Notes: a model not told the origin generated them from the sequence alone. Shown: positions 37,937 to 48,358, counted from the first letter of the stretch. The stretch: 64,000 nt of DNA from a bacterium (GCA_029564595.1 JAKQPS010000113.1:32227-96226), one strand, 5' to 3'. Program-made: numbers and translations.

Positions 37937-38962
37937 ATGATTATCATTCTTTCTCACAAGGCAACGGACAACAACAAGAATTCGGTGATCGACCGGCTCA
38001 AAAAAATGGGCTACAAAGTCGATATCTCAGAAGGCAAAGAGCGTACCCTTATCGGCGCGGTCGGCTCGAACGTGGAGAACAAGAACGAGGTCATGGCGCA
38101 ATTCATGTCTTTGCCCTTCGTGGAAAACGTCGTGCCGATTCTCAAGCCGTACAAAATGGTGAGCCGGGAAATAAGGGAGCGTTCCGTTATCAAGGTGAGG
38201 GACGGGATAGAAATCGGCGGAAAAGAGATAATGCTGATGGCGGGGCCGTGCGCGGTGGAAGGCGAAGCGCTGATGATAGAGTGCGCTCACATGCTCAAAG
38301 CCGCCGGGGTAAAAATCCTCAGGGGCGGCGCGTACAAACCCCGCACTTCCCCGTACAGCTTTCAGGGCTACGAGGAGAAGGGATTGAAGATGCTGGCAAA
38401 AGCGAGCGAGGAAACCGGGCTGGCTATTATCACCGAAGTCATTCAGGGGCGGGACGTGAAAAAAGTCGCCAACTACGCTGACATACTGCAAATCGGGGCG
38501 CGCAACATGCAGAACTTTAATCTGCTCAAGGAGTGCGGCAAAGTGGATAAACCGGTGCTGCTGAAGCGCGGGTTGTCGGCGACAATCGAGGAATGGCTGC
38601 TGGCCGCCGAATACATCGTCAAAGAAGGCAACCCGAAGGTGATGCTGTGCGAACGCGGGATAAGGACTTTCGAGACTTATACGAGGAACACGCTGGATTT
38701 GAACGCGGTGGCGGCGGCGAAATCGCTCACGCATCTGCCGGTGGTCGCCGATCCGAGCCATGGAACGGGACGCTGGGAGCTTGTGTCGCCTATGGCAAAA
38801 GCCTCCGTCGCGGCGGGCGCGGACGCTCTTATAATTGAAGTCCACCCCCGCCCGGAAGAGGCTTTCAGCGACGGACAGCAGACGCTTAACTTCAAACATT
38901 TCAAACAGATGAAAAAAGAGTTGAAACCTGTGGCGGCGGCCGTCGGAAGAACGCTAAAATAG
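37937..38962 (+). CDS. aroF: DAHP synthase, type I-beta with N-terminal regulatory domain
   Basis: [59 protein letters not shown]. Confidence 0.96.
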   Translation: MIIILSHKATDNNKNSVIDRLKKMGYKVDISEGKERTLIGAVGSNVENKNEVMAQFMSLPFVENVVPILKPYKMVSREIRERSVIKVRDGIEIGGKEIMLMAGPCAVEGEALMIECAHMLKAAGVKILRGGAYKPRTSPYSFQGYEEKGLKMLAKASEETGLAIITEVIQGRDVKKVANYADILQIGARNMQNFNLLKECGKVDKPVLLKRGLSATIEEWLLAAEYIVKEGNPKVMLCERGIRTFETYTRNTLDLNAVAAAKSLTHLPVVADPSHGTGRWELVSPMAKASVAAGADALIIEVHPRPEEAFSDGQQTLNFKHFKQMKKELKPVAAAVGRTLK

Positions 38963-38985
38963 GTTTGCTTTCGCGGGCTAACCGG

Positions 38986-39217
38986 CATTATCCCGGATTC
39001 GTCGGTAGAGCCGACGAATCCTGTGCGATTTAGATAGCGGCGAACTGATTCGTTGCCGCCACATTCTTAGTTCAGTAGGGTCGCGGTTTCCGCGCCCAAT
39101 GACTACGACAATTTGGGGCGGGGCAACCCCGCCCCTACTTCAGAAATGCGCGTTGAGCTTTGCATTTCATCTGATCTGAATAATCGCTCCAGAATCATAA
39201 TGAAGGATTCAGGATTT
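38986..39217 (+). mobile_element. MITE-like dispersed repeat, copy 2, carrying a GTAG-type REP doublet (39075-39138)
   Basis: Aligns with copies 1 and 3; insert GTAGGGTCGCGGTTTCCGCGCCC...GGGCGGGGCAACCCCGCCCCTAC. Confidence 0.8.
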
Positions 39218-39231
39218 CCCACCAATGCGGG

Positions 39232-40374
39232 CTAAAACGCGAACTCGGCGTATTCGTATTCGCAAGGGTGTCCGTAAAGGACTTTGAATTTTTTCGACGC
39301 CGGATAGAGTATCACGGACAATGTGGTGCAGAAATAATCGCTGTGCCTGCACACCGTGTTGTCCGAGCCGATGCCGTCCGCGCCGTGGTCTGAAAAAATC
39401 CTGATAAGGTCTTCCTCAGAAAACTTCTGTTGCTTGGAGAGAAGTTCCTCAAGCCGGGCTAGCCTGACTTCGGAGGACTCTCTGCATCTCTTGCCGCGAA
39501 GAGCCGGCACGTTGGTCCTCGAATATACGGCGGACGGCGGAACGTCAACTTTCGCGAGCCTTTCAGTCAGATAGTGGTTCGTGTGGGCAATGACGCCTTC
39601 CTTCGGCTTACGCTCATCCACCATAGTCTTCGAGATTTCGACCGAGCGCAGGTCGCCCTGAGCATCGCAAATCATCCAAAGCGCGCACCCGTTATACTTG
39701 CTTTTTCTCAGAAACACTATCGCCTCGGCTGTTGTTTTGCACTTCTCTAGAGTGTCCTGAAGAGCCATAGTCATGGGAACCGAATTTGAGGAGGCGTCCT
39801 GCCCGTAGCCGTAGTTGTAAGTAATGGAAAGACCATGCTCGTTAATAGAGTCGTGGCTGCCCGCCAGAGGGGCGTTAGTCGCTGCTAGAACGCGGTATCC
39901 GTCGCTCGGAACGTCCATGCGGACAAGATGTGTGGGGGAGAAAAATTCGGGATAGTCGAAATTTTTGATAATAATCGGCTCGCCGGATGCGGACCTTTCA
40001 GAGGCGACGGCCGCCGCGCTGCACGCGCCGCCTATAAAATGAGTCTTTGCCATCTCTATTTCCATCGACTGAAGGAAAATCATGTGCTTCATACCTTCGC
40101 CCGCGCCCTCTGCTATGCCTTCGAGCCGGGCGTGCTGACGAGGCGAATCCTTCTTGATTCCCGCCGCGAAATCTCCCCACATTTTCATTTTTGCCAGTTT
40201 GAGGAACAGCCCGGTCGGAAGAAAGAAAGGCTTGATGGCTTTTAACTCAGGAGAAGTCGCCAACATTGAATGGGAGTGTTTAATGATGTCCACGCAAGCG
40301 CGCCCCTGCTGGGCGCCCATTTCTTTATGCGAGCCTTTGAATATTTTTATTTGTATGTCCGACTTCTTTCTCAT
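39232..40374 (-). CDS. Peptidase C45 family Ntn-hydrolase (acyltransferase/amidase-like)
   Basis: GSH.EMG.QQG, GGA/CS autoproteolysis site, KNFDY, INEHGL, HTNHY. Confidence 0.85.
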   Translation of the reverse strand: MRKKSDIQIKIFKGSHKEMGAQQGRACVDIIKHSHSMLATSPELKAIKPFFLPTGLFLKLAKMKMWGDFAAGIKKDSPRQHARLEGIAEGAGEGMKHMIFLQSMEIEMAKTHFIGGACSAAAVASERSASGEPIIIKNFDYPEFFSPTHLVRMDVPSDGYRVLAATNAPLAGSHDSINEHGLSITYNYGYGQDASSNSVPMTMALQDTLEKCKTTAEAIVFLRKSKYNGCALWMICDAQGDLRSVEISKTMVDERKPKEGVIAHTNHYLTERLAKVDVPPSAVYSRTNVPALRGKRCRESSEVRLARLEELLSKQQKFSEEDLIRIFSDHGADGIGSDNTVCRHSDYFCTTLSVILYPASKKFKVLYGHPCEYEYAEFAF

Positions 40375-40509
40375 GGTTCCTCCATCGGCAGGGCCGCTTT
40401 TCGAGTTTATTCATTATATGTCATTATCCAGAGTTGTTTGAAATATTTTTGACGCTGCCGGTTCGACGCGAAGCTTTTATCTTAAAATAGACGCGCGGAG
40501 GGTTTCCTA

Positions 40510-41037
40510 ATGTACAAATTCAAAGTGATCGAGCCGTTCGCGTGCGATAAGGAAAAAGCGTTCGAAACAACGACGCGGGATTTCGACGGTCTGGAGAAAT
40601 ATATAAAAAATGTGACTATGATAAAAACGGAGACGCATGAGAAATCCCCGGAAGGCGTCGAACGCTGGATGCTCATGTTTCACGGCGACGGAGCGATACC
40701 GCTGATAGCGCGAGCGGTTGTGAAACCCGACATGCTGCGCTGGCGCGAGGAACTCATCTGCGACCCCGCCGACTTGACAATCAAATGGAAAATCATCACC
40801 AACCATTTCACAGAATATTTTCATTGCGACGGAGTGACACATTACATCGACGCGCCCGAAGGCAGTCGCGTGGAAATCGACGGCAGGCTGTGGGTCGATC
40901 CAATGAAAATCCCCGGAATATCGGAAAATCTTGTGCGCCGGGCCATAGAAAAACTGGAACCGTTTATCGGCGCGCTAATCTCGCCCAACCTAAAAGTGTT
41001 TTACAAGGCGATAAAAAAGAGAGAGAATATCAAATGA
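40510..41037 (+). CDS. Hypothetical protein, possibly SRPBCC/DUF2505-like
   Basis: 175-aa ORF with GGAGG RBS; helix-grip-like pattern judged by eye. Confidence 0.6.
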   Translation: MYKFKVIEPFACDKEKAFETTTRDFDGLEKYIKNVTMIKTETHEKSPEGVERWMLMFHGDGAIPLIARAVVKPDMLRWREELICDPADLTIKWKIITNHFTEYFHCDGVTHYIDAPEGSRVEIDGRLWVDPMKIPGISENLVRRAIEKLEPFIGALISPNLKVFYKAIKKRENIK

Positions 41038-41081
41038 CGGCGCGCGGACTCAGCCGCGACCGATAAGGAAGCCGCAAGACT

Positions 41082-41522
41082 ATGGCTGAAAAAAGAGAAA
41101 CTGAAAAACACGTTGCCGATGGACTCCGATTCGAGTGCAAGCGAGGCTGCGTGAAGTGTTGCGAGATTCCCGGCGCGGTGTTCGTGCATGAGCGCGAAAT
41201 TCCCGCAATGGCCAAGTTCTTTGAAATGTCTCCGGAAGAATTCATAAGCGCGCATCTGAACAGACATCTGGGTGGCGTCTATCAATTCAATTTCGACGAC
41301 GACGAGCCTTGCAGGTTCCTCCAGCCTTCCGGTTGCTCGATATACGAGGTGCGCCCCGCGCAATGCAGCTCGTTCCCGTTCTGGCCAGAAAATATTTCAA
41401 ACCCCGAAGAATGGGAAAAATTGAGAGCTATGTGTCCGGGCATAGGCCGCGGACGAGTCTATTCTATTGATGAGATTACTGAAATCATGACCACCGTCTG
41501 CTACGGCCCGTTCATTTACTGA
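41082..41522 (+). CDS. YkgJ family cysteine-cluster protein
   Basis: LRFEC..GC..CC, PCRFL, GCSIYEVRPAQC..FPFW, CPGIG. Confidence 0.92.
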   Translation: MAEKRETEKHVADGLRFECKRGCVKCCEIPGAVFVHEREIPAMAKFFEMSPEEFISAHLNRHLGGVYQFNFDDDEPCRFLQPSGCSIYEVRPAQCSSFPFWPENISNPEEWEKLRAMCPGIGRGRVYSIDEITEIMTTVCYGPFIY

Positions 41523-41946
41523 TTTGTTTCGCGCATGCCGATGACTTTGGACATGTCAGTTTGATTGAAAAAGGTTCCCAGCAAACTTTTCACTAGAAGA
41601 CAAAATACAATCGGCTGTCCTATATGTCGTAATTGTGCTATTTGGCGCTTTATCATCATTGATATTATCAATAATAAGCGATAGCGCAATCACGATTCAG
41701 CAAATATGCTTATTGCTATTGTGTTATTTGCTTAATAGATATTGTTTGGCGTTAACCCTAACGAATAAGCTTTTCGTATCGTTTCGCATGACAGAATAAC
41801 TGCAAAAATAAATAAATGACACAATAAAAACATTTTGCACATGCGGTTTTTTATTGTAACATATTTTTAGATGTCGATTCTAGCGATTCGGCGTCGCGAT
41901 CTTTTTCGCGAAGCTTGCGAACTAAAATCGAGGACAAAGGCCAAAC

Positions 41947-42294
41947 ATGAAGAATAATGCATCCGGGTTCACCGCTATCGAGGTCATTTTAATAGTAATC
42001 GCCATCAGCATACTTGCGGCAATAGTGATTCCCCGGTTCATGGTCAACACCCGCATGGCTAGAGTTCAGTCCTGCGAGATGAACAGGGCGATAATCAACA
42101 CTCAAGTCGAGAGTTATTATCAGTTCGAGGCCACATGGCCGATGGACACGCTTGACGATATAAAAATCAATCCGAGATATTTTCCGGACGGGATACCGAC
42201 CTGCCCGCTCGACGAATCTTCATACCAGCTTATTACATCGCCGCACCACAGAGTTTCCGGTCACCGAGAAGGAGCCGGCACTCACGTTTTTTGA
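41947..42294 (+). CDS. Type IV pilin/pseudopilin (ComGC-like)
   Basis: Class III signal SG/FTAIE, hydrophobic helix, C..N, CP.D..SY. Confidence 0.85.
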   Translation: MKNNASGFTAIEVILIVIAISILAAIVIPRFMVNTRMARVQSCEMNRAIINTQVESYYQFEATWPMDTLDDIKINPRYFPDGIPTCPLDESSYQLITSPHHRVSGHREGAGTHVF

Positions 42295-42606
42295 TTTAAA
42301 AAACACGTTTGAAACAGTTCTCGACATCGGCGTTTTGGATCCACAATTGAAAAAGTTGTTTAACCACTTTGCTAGAGCTTAATGCTTATATTCGTTTTTC
42401 GATGGCGAATCAGACGAATCGGTTTGAATCATTTCAAATAGCGGCGATGAATCGCCAAAATTCAAGGGTGTGATAGTTTTACCAGTTCTTAATTGATTTT
42501 ACCTATCGAACACCCACAACTGGGTTGTGGGCGCCCACCCAGCACAATGGGTAAAATCCTTTAATGCCTCGTACATGTATACCATATGGAAAACGGAGAA
42601 ACATGC

Positions 42607-42642
42607 AAAAAAGCGGATCCCATATAGAGGACCCGCCTTTTT
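42607..42642 (-). terminator. Probable intrinsic terminator downstream of glnA
   Basis: AAAAAAGCGGATCC-catataga-GGACCCGCCTTTTT. Confidence 0.65.
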
Positions 42643-42731
42643 GAAGTTTATCTTGCCGTAAAACCCCTGTATCGTCGGCGTCTTACATTCAGCCGAAAAC
42701 GCGCGAGGGGAAATCTTGATTCCTCAACTTT

Positions 42732-44063
42732 TCACAGAATCGGCAGCAACTTGTCAAGTTCGTATCTGGTGACCTGCATCCTGTATTCTTCCCATTCCGC
42801 TTTCTTGACGTTGATAAACCTTGTAAACGCGTGATCTCCGAGTGCGCGCCTGACAAGCTCGCTTTCCTCTGCGATCGCCACCGCTTCTCCGAGGTTGTCC
42901 GGAAGAGACTTTATGCCTAGCTGTTTTCTCTCTGCGGAAGTCAACTCGTAAAGATTCTTTTCCATCGGCTCGGTGAACTCGTAGCCTTTCTCAATGCCGT
43001 CAAGCCCGGCATGGAGCATCACCGCGAAAGTAAGGTACGGGTTGCAGGCGGGGTCCGGGCAGCGCAACTCGATGCGAGTGGCGTTCTCCCGTCCGGGATG
43101 ATACATCGGAACCCTTATGAGCGCCGACCTGTTTCTCATCGACCATGCGATGTAAACGGGAGCCTCGTAACCGGGGACCAGCCTCTTGTACGAGTTCACC
43201 CACTGCGCGAAAATCGCGCTCATCTCTCTGGCGTGCGTCAACTGTCCGGCGATAAAATGCTTTGCTTCTTTGGTCAGATTGTATTTTTCTTCAGGCGCGA
43301 AAAACGCGTTGCGTCCGCCTTTGAACAGAGACTGATGCACGTGCATTCCGCTTCCGGCTTCGCCGAACAGCGGTTTTGGCATGAATGTGGCGTGAAGGCC
43401 GTGCTTGCGCGCCACTTCTTTTACTACCACTCTGTACGTTATCACATTGTCCGCCATGTCCAGAGCCGGGCCGTACCTCATGTCGATTTCATGCTGGCTC
43501 GGACCGTTCTCATGGTGGCTATACTCGACTTTGATTCCCATTTCCTCAAGGGCGAGCACCGTCTCGCGCCGCACCTCGCTGGCGGAATCGAGGTCCAGAT
43601 CAAAATAAGTCCCCTTATCGAGCGGGTCCAGTTCGGCGGACTGCTTCAGATAGAAGAACTCAGGCTCCGGGCCGACGAAATAGTTGTCAAAGCCCATTTT
43701 CTGGGCGCGCTCGACGGCCTTCCTCAGAATCTGCCTCGGATCCCCGTCGTAAGGCTCCCCTTGCGGGGTCTTAACGTCGCAGATCATGCGGCCCACCGGT
43801 TTTTCCTTAGGCCGCCACGGAGCGAGCCTGAACGTCGTCGGATCCGGAAACGCCACCATGTCGCTCTCTTCGATGTCCTGATACCCTGTCACCGAAGACC
43901 CGTCGAACCCCATCCCGCTTTCCATCGCGTTCTCAAGCTCTCTTCTGGTTATCTCGAAACTTTTTACGCGGCCCAGTATATCCGCGAACCACATCCTTAC
44001 GAACTTCACATCCTCGTCCTTAATTATCTTAAGGACCTCTTCATTGGTTTTAGCGGTGACCAT
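42732..44063 (-). CDS. glnA: Glutamine synthetase type I
   Basis: FDGSS, GPEPEFF, HHENGPSQHEID, TFMPKP, GSGMHVHQS, NSYKRLVPGYEAP, NRSALIRVP, IELRCPD. Confidence 0.97.
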   Translation of the reverse strand: MVTAKTNEEVLKIIKDEDVKFVRMWFADILGRVKSFEITRRELENAMESGMGFDGSSVTGYQDIEESDMVAFPDPTTFRLAPWRPKEKPVGRMICDVKTPQGEPYDGDPRQILRKAVERAQKMGFDNYFVGPEPEFFYLKQSAELDPLDKGTYFDLDLDSASEVRRETVLALEEMGIKVEYSHHENGPSQHEIDMRYGPALDMADNVITYRVVVKEVARKHGLHATFMPKPLFGEAGSGMHVHQSLFKGGRNAFFAPEEKYNLTKEAKHFIAGQLTHAREMSAIFAQWVNSYKRLVPGYEAPVYIAWSMRNRSALIRVPMYHPGRENATRIELRCPDPACNPYLTFAVMLHAGLDGIEKGYEFTEPMEKNLYELTSAERKQLGIKSLPDNLGEAVAIAEESELVRRALGDHAFTRFINVKKAEWEEYRMQVTRYELDKLLPIL

Positions 44064-44205
44064 TTTACACTCCTTCTAATAATATTGTTTTTGCGAACAT
44101 CTTCGGATGGCTCAAGTCCGTCCGGCGCGCGCATTCCAACATAATATCCATATCGTCCCGGCTAACAAGCGCCGGGGTGAATTAAATGCCTTTTAAAACA
44201 GTCGC

Positions 44206-45654
44206 TCATTTCTTTGCTTCTTGGATTTCTTTCTCTGTTGAAACTTCTTTTCCTTCAAACTCCTCTTCGGGAGCGGGAAGGAATTTCCTTTCCACCATAA
44301 ACTCTCCCGTGCTCTGGTTCATCCGTATCAGATCGACATGGTCGAAAACGAAAGCTCCATTTTCGTCTACATGCAGGGTTATTAAAGCGGCGGAATAACT
44401 CGGCTTTTCCTCTGATTCGATATATCTGGCTCCGGCGGCTCCCGTCGTTCCGGCAACAATCAAAACGGAGTCCCCTATCCTTTCTGCGCTTATCGAATGA
44501 GCGTGGCCGCTCAATACAACCGGCGCCAGCCCCGCCGCAGCCGCCCCTATTTCAGGATTGTGAACCATCAAGACATCTGGCTTTTTCTTCAACTTCGATA
44601 GTTTCTCGATTATCCTTCCTGTCGCCTCAAGCGTCTCTTCAGGGTCCACTTCCGCGTCGAATGAAACCTTGCCTTTGGGGTCGCCGAATCCGATTATTCG
44701 CAGTTTGCCGTGAACCGCGATATCGCCGTCCAGAACCCGCAGTCCGAAATCCCGTTTCAACTCTTCGACGACTTCCGGCGAATCATGGTTTCCTGACACG
44801 AAAAAGTGCGGCTTGCTGATGCCTTTTAAAGAATCCATCAATTTAAGCTCAAGGGCGGTTCCCATGTCCGTCATATCGCCTGTGTTCATTATCAAATCCG
44901 GCGAAAGGCCTTTGACGAGAACTTTCACGAAGTCGCCCGCGAGAGGATTATTATGGATATCCGAGATGTGAAGGATTCTGATTCTGCCGGCATTTTCCTT
45001 CTCGCTGTAACGGTCCAACTCGACATAGAACGACGACATGTTGGCCGCCATATCCCGCACATATTTGCGAAGGTTCCTGCCTCCTTCGACGCTCCTGTTA
45101 ATGTTGTCCACAATCTCCGGCGCGTATGTTATTAGACCCCGGTATGTCGGCTGTCTGAAAGCGTCCAACTGATATTGGGTTAGCACAACAGCGCCCAAAG
45201 CCGCCGCTGACGCGAGTCCGATCCCCGCTCCTAAAATGATTTCAATTAGTCTGATTCTTCTTCCTATAGAAGCTCCGGCGGCTCCGCCTACGGCGGCGAG
45301 AGCTAACACTACTAGGATAAATTCTCCTACCGCCTTCTGCGCATTATCCTTCATTGTCTCAAGAAGGTCGTCGAATCCGACGCCGTCTGCGATTATCTCG
45401 TCGATGGACTCCTCGTGAATTCTTTCCAGCCCGACAATGATTTTTACAGGGGCTGAATGCGTTTTTGCTGAAACCTCGCCGAACGGGTAAATCGCAAGGA
45501 GAGTCTCGCCGCTCGCCGCGGGAGCAATTGAAAACCGGGCGCGGATAATCCCTAATTCTGCGGTCCGGGACGCTGACATAAACACAAACGCAAGCGAGAA
45601 CATAGCGGATGTCGCCGCAAGAACCGCAAGCGAGAGTATTTTCTTTTTGTTCAT
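44206..45654 (-). CDS. Membrane-anchored calcineurin-like metallophosphoesterase
   Basis: TM segments then SDIH, GDMTD, GNHD, H and GHAH motifs. Confidence 0.9.
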   Translation of the reverse strand: MNKKKILSLAVLAATSAMFSLAFVFMSASRTAELGIIRARFSIAPAASGETLLAIYPFGEVSAKTHSAPVKIIVGLERIHEESIDEIIADGVGFDDLLETMKDNAQKAVGEFILVVLALAAVGGAAGASIGRRIRLIEIILGAGIGLASAAALGAVVLTQYQLDAFRQPTYRGLITYAPEIVDNINRSVEGGRNLRKYVRDMAANMSSFYVELDRYSEKENAGRIRILHISDIHNNPLAGDFVKVLVKGLSPDLIMNTGDMTDMGTALELKLMDSLKGISKPHFFVSGNHDSPEVVEELKRDFGLRVLDGDIAVHGKLRIIGFGDPKGKVSFDAEVDPEETLEATGRIIEKLSKLKKKPDVLMVHNPEIGAAAAGLAPVVLSGHAHSISAERIGDSVLIVAGTTGAAGARYIESEEKPSYSAALITLHVDENGAFVFDHVDLIRMNQSTGEFMVERKFLPAPEEEFEGKEVSTEKEIQEAKK

Positions 45655-45688
45655 TCGGAATTCCGCCGCGTTTCAGCCCGATTCAATG

Positions 45689-46294
45689 TCAATCGTTCAT
45701 CAGAATAAGCCTTGAGAACTTCGCCGGGGCGCGATTCTTGGCTCGCCCCACTGCCTTTTTGCCTTCGAGAAATCCTATTTCCAACGCCTTCATATTTAAC
45801 GCTTCGGTTCCTTTCGGGGAACGCGAAAGAACCGCCGCTTTAATGGCGTTTTTCGACACCACTCCGGTCGCTTCCGCAAGAGCGCCGAGCGACAGGGAGT
45901 TCATCGCTTGCAAAGAACCGGCTTTCTCCCTTGCAAGCGAAGTCATCGGAATCTCGTATGCCGTCGAGATCGGTATCTGAGAGCATAAATCCGAATTGAC
46001 GATAAGCGTTCCCGTCTCTTTAAGGTCCATAAAATACTCGTCTAGAGAAGCCTGATTGTAGCACATCAGAATATCAAGATTCTTCGCTTTCGGGTAATCG
46101 ATGTAACTGTCGCTGATGACCACCTCGGCCTTGCAGTTGCCGCCTCTGGCCTCCGGCCCGTAACTCTGTGTCTGGCACACGTATCGCCCGTCGTGAATCC
46201 CGGCCGCTTCAGCAAGAATTATCGAGGCCAGAATGACCCCTTGGCCTCCTGAACCGGCTATCCTTATTTTTATTCTCTCTTTTTCTATTTTCAT
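45689..46294 (-). CDS. korC: 2-oxoacid:ferredoxin oxidoreductase gamma subunit
   Basis: AGSGGQGVIL, QSYGPEARGG. Confidence 0.92.
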   Translation of the reverse strand: MKIEKERIKIRIAGSGGQGVILASIILAEAAGIHDGRYVCQTQSYGPEARGGNCKAEVVISDSYIDYPKAKNLDILMCYNQASLDEYFMDLKETGTLIVNSDLCSQIPISTAYEIPMTSLAREKAGSLQAMNSLSLGALAEATGVVSKNAIKAAVLSRSPKGTEALNMKALEIGFLEGKKAVGRAKNRAPAKFSRLILMND

Positions 46295-46296
46295 CT

Positions 46297-47124
46297 TTAT
46301 GCGCCGCCTCCGGATTTCCGGATTACCTCGTCATACATCTCGCAATACTCCGGATAATCGAAGTCGGCAAGAATCCCAATCTCCATCTTGCCCATCCTCT
46401 CTTCATCCGAGAGTTTCTGAAACGCCTCTGTCCTTACGCTGTTGTCGCGCATCCAGCGCATCATGTCAGTCGGCTTTCCCATCTTGTTCCTTCTTCCGAA
46501 AGTGGTGTGGCAATAAGCGGCTACTTCGAGCATACAGAACCCTTTTTTCGTAATCGCGCTCATTATCAGATTGTCCAGCATGGGGACGTGATAGACGGTT
46601 CCGCGGGCGACCCAAGAGGCGCCAGACCCGCGCGCAAGCTCGCAGATGTCGAACGGGCGCTCGATATTGCCAAACGCGGAGGTGGCGGACTTCGCTCCCA
46701 TCGGAGTCGTCGGCGAATACTGTCCTCCCGTCATTCCGTACACGTTGTTGTTTATCACTATCGCGCAAAGGTCGATGTTGCGCCTCGCGGTGTGTATGAA
46801 ATGGTTGCCGCCTATCGCCGTCGCGTCTCCGTCTCCCATCACGACTATCACGGTCAGTTTCGGATTGGCAAGCTTTATGCCGGTGGCGAAGGACAGCGCC
46901 CGGCCGTGCGTGGTGTGAAGCGTGTTGAAATCCACATACACAGGGAGCCTCCCCGAACACCCTATGCCAGAAACCACCACCACGTTGTCCTGATCCAGCC
47001 CCAGCCTGTCTATCGCCCTTATCATCGCCCCCATCAGAATCCCGTCTCCGCAGCCGGGACACCACAAATGAGGGAATTTCTTTTCGGATCGGAGGTATTT
47101 GTGAACCAGTTTCGTGCGCTCCAT
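46297..47124 (-). CDS. korB: 2-oxoacid:ferredoxin oxidoreductase beta subunit
   Basis: WCPGCG, SGIGCS, HGRA, GDGD...GGNH, NN.YGMTGGQ.SPT. Confidence 0.95.
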   Translation of the reverse strand: MERTKLVHKYLRSEKKFPHLWCPGCGDGILMGAMIRAIDRLGLDQDNVVVVSGIGCSGRLPVYVDFNTLHTTHGRALSFATGIKLANPKLTVIVVMGDGDATAIGGNHFIHTARRNIDLCAIVINNNVYGMTGGQYSPTTPMGAKSATSAFGNIERPFDICELARGSGASWVARGTVYHVPMLDNLIMSAITKKGFCMLEVAAYCHTTFGRRNKMGKPTDMMRWMRDNSVRTEAFQKLSDEERMGKMEIGILADFDYPEYCEMYDEVIRKSGGGA

Positions 47125-47125
47125 C

Positions 47126-48358
47126 TCACTCTACCTCCAGAATTGCGTGAAGTATCTCTTCAGGCTCTATCATCGCTCCGTCGAACCTGTTGAGCGGCAC
47201 AACTGAACAACGACCGCATGCGTGCCTTTCGACTTCTCCCACCAACTGCCCCTGATTCATCTCAGGCACTATTATCGCGTCCACATGCTCCGACAGCCTC
47301 TGCACGGCTCTGACCGGGAACGGCCACAGCGTCAGCAGTCTGACTATCCCGGCCTTGGAACCGCCCTTTCTGGCCATCGTCACCGCCCGCCGCGCGCTCC
47401 TCGATGTTGAACCATACGATAGCACCGCCACCTTCGCGTCGTCGATAAACTCCGTCTCGACCATTATCAGTTCTCTGCGCGCCTTCTCTATCTTGGTTGT
47501 TAACCTCGTAAGAAATTCCTTTATCTCGTCCTGCCTCTGTGTCGGGAAACCGTGCTGGTCGTGAACCAGTCCCGTAATGTGATAGCGGTATCCGTCTCCA
47601 AATGCGGCCATAGGAGGAACGCCAGTCGGCGTGTTTTCATACGGGATGTGCCATTCCGGAGGCACTGACGGCTTGACACGGTTGACCACCGGTATGTTCG
47701 CCTCAGCGGGCAGAGTCATTTTCTCTCTCATGTGCCCCACGATTTCATCCATCAGCAGTATCACCGGCGTGCGATACTTCTCAGAAAAATTAAACGCTTT
47801 TATGGTAAGCGTGTAACACTCTTCAACTGAATTAGGGCAGAGAACTATTATCCGCTGGTCTCCGTGACGGCCCCATCTGGCCTGCATGACGTCGCCCTGA
47901 GCCGGATTGGTCGGCAAACCCGTGCTTGGGCCTCCCCTCATCACGTTGACAACCACGCACGGAACTTCCGCGATTATTCCGAACCCTATGTTTTCCTGCA
48001 TCAGGGAAAACCCCGGCCCGCTTGTCGCCGTCATGGATTTCAGTCCGGCTATGGACGCCCCGATTATTGCCGCCATGCTGGCTATCTCGTCTTCCATCTG
48101 TATGAATTTGCCACCCACCGCAGGCAGCCGTGTGGACAAAACTTCAGATATTTCAGTTGCCGGAGTTATCGGATAACCGGCGAAGAAACCCAAACCGGCT
48201 GCAAGCGCGCCTTCAACGCACGCTTCGTTGCCGCTTATCAGAACGATCTGGCCGGCGTCGCTCTTGGAAGCGGCGGCGCGTTTGGCCTTTTGTTGAGGCT
48301 GTTGCCGCGACGTTCCCTTATTCTTTCCGTCTTTTGCTTCAGTCGCTTTTTTCTCCAT
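47126..48358 (-). CDS. korA: 2-oxoacid:ferredoxin oxidoreductase alpha subunit
   Basis: GNEA, YPITPATE, QMEDEIAS, TATSGPGFSLMQE, RGGPSTGLPT, EMNQGQ. Confidence 0.95.
   Translation of the reverse strand: MEKKATEAKDGKNKGTSRQQPQQKAKRAAASKSDAGQIVLISGNEACVEGALAAGLGFFAGYPITPATEISEVLSTRLPAVGGKFIQMEDEIASMAAIIGASIAGLKSMTATSGPGFSLMQENIGFGIIAEVPCVVVNVMRGGPSTGLPTNPAQGDVMQARWGRHGDQRIIVLCPNSVEECYTLTIKAFNFSEKYRTPVILLMDEIVGHMREKMTLPAEANIPVVNRVKPSVPPEWHIPYENTPTGVPPMAAFGDGYRYHITGLVHDQHGFPTQRQDEIKEFLTRLTTKIEKARRELIMVETEFIDDAKVAVLSYGSTSRSARRAVTMARKGGSKAGIVRLLTLWPFPVRAVQRLSEHVDAIIVPEMNQGQLVGEVERHACGRCSVVPLNRFDGAMIEPEEILHAILEVE

Noticed and set aside
37758..37940. 60-aa ORF (MERLLLLFLG...) upstream of aroF
   Set aside because: Alternative frame across the attenuator that runs through the terminator; the aromatic-rich frame explains the region.
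43011..44144. Long antisense ORFs (also 22316-23116, 38027-38899, 58165-59199)
   Set aside because: Shadow ORFs opposite well-supported genes in GC-rich DNA; no motifs.
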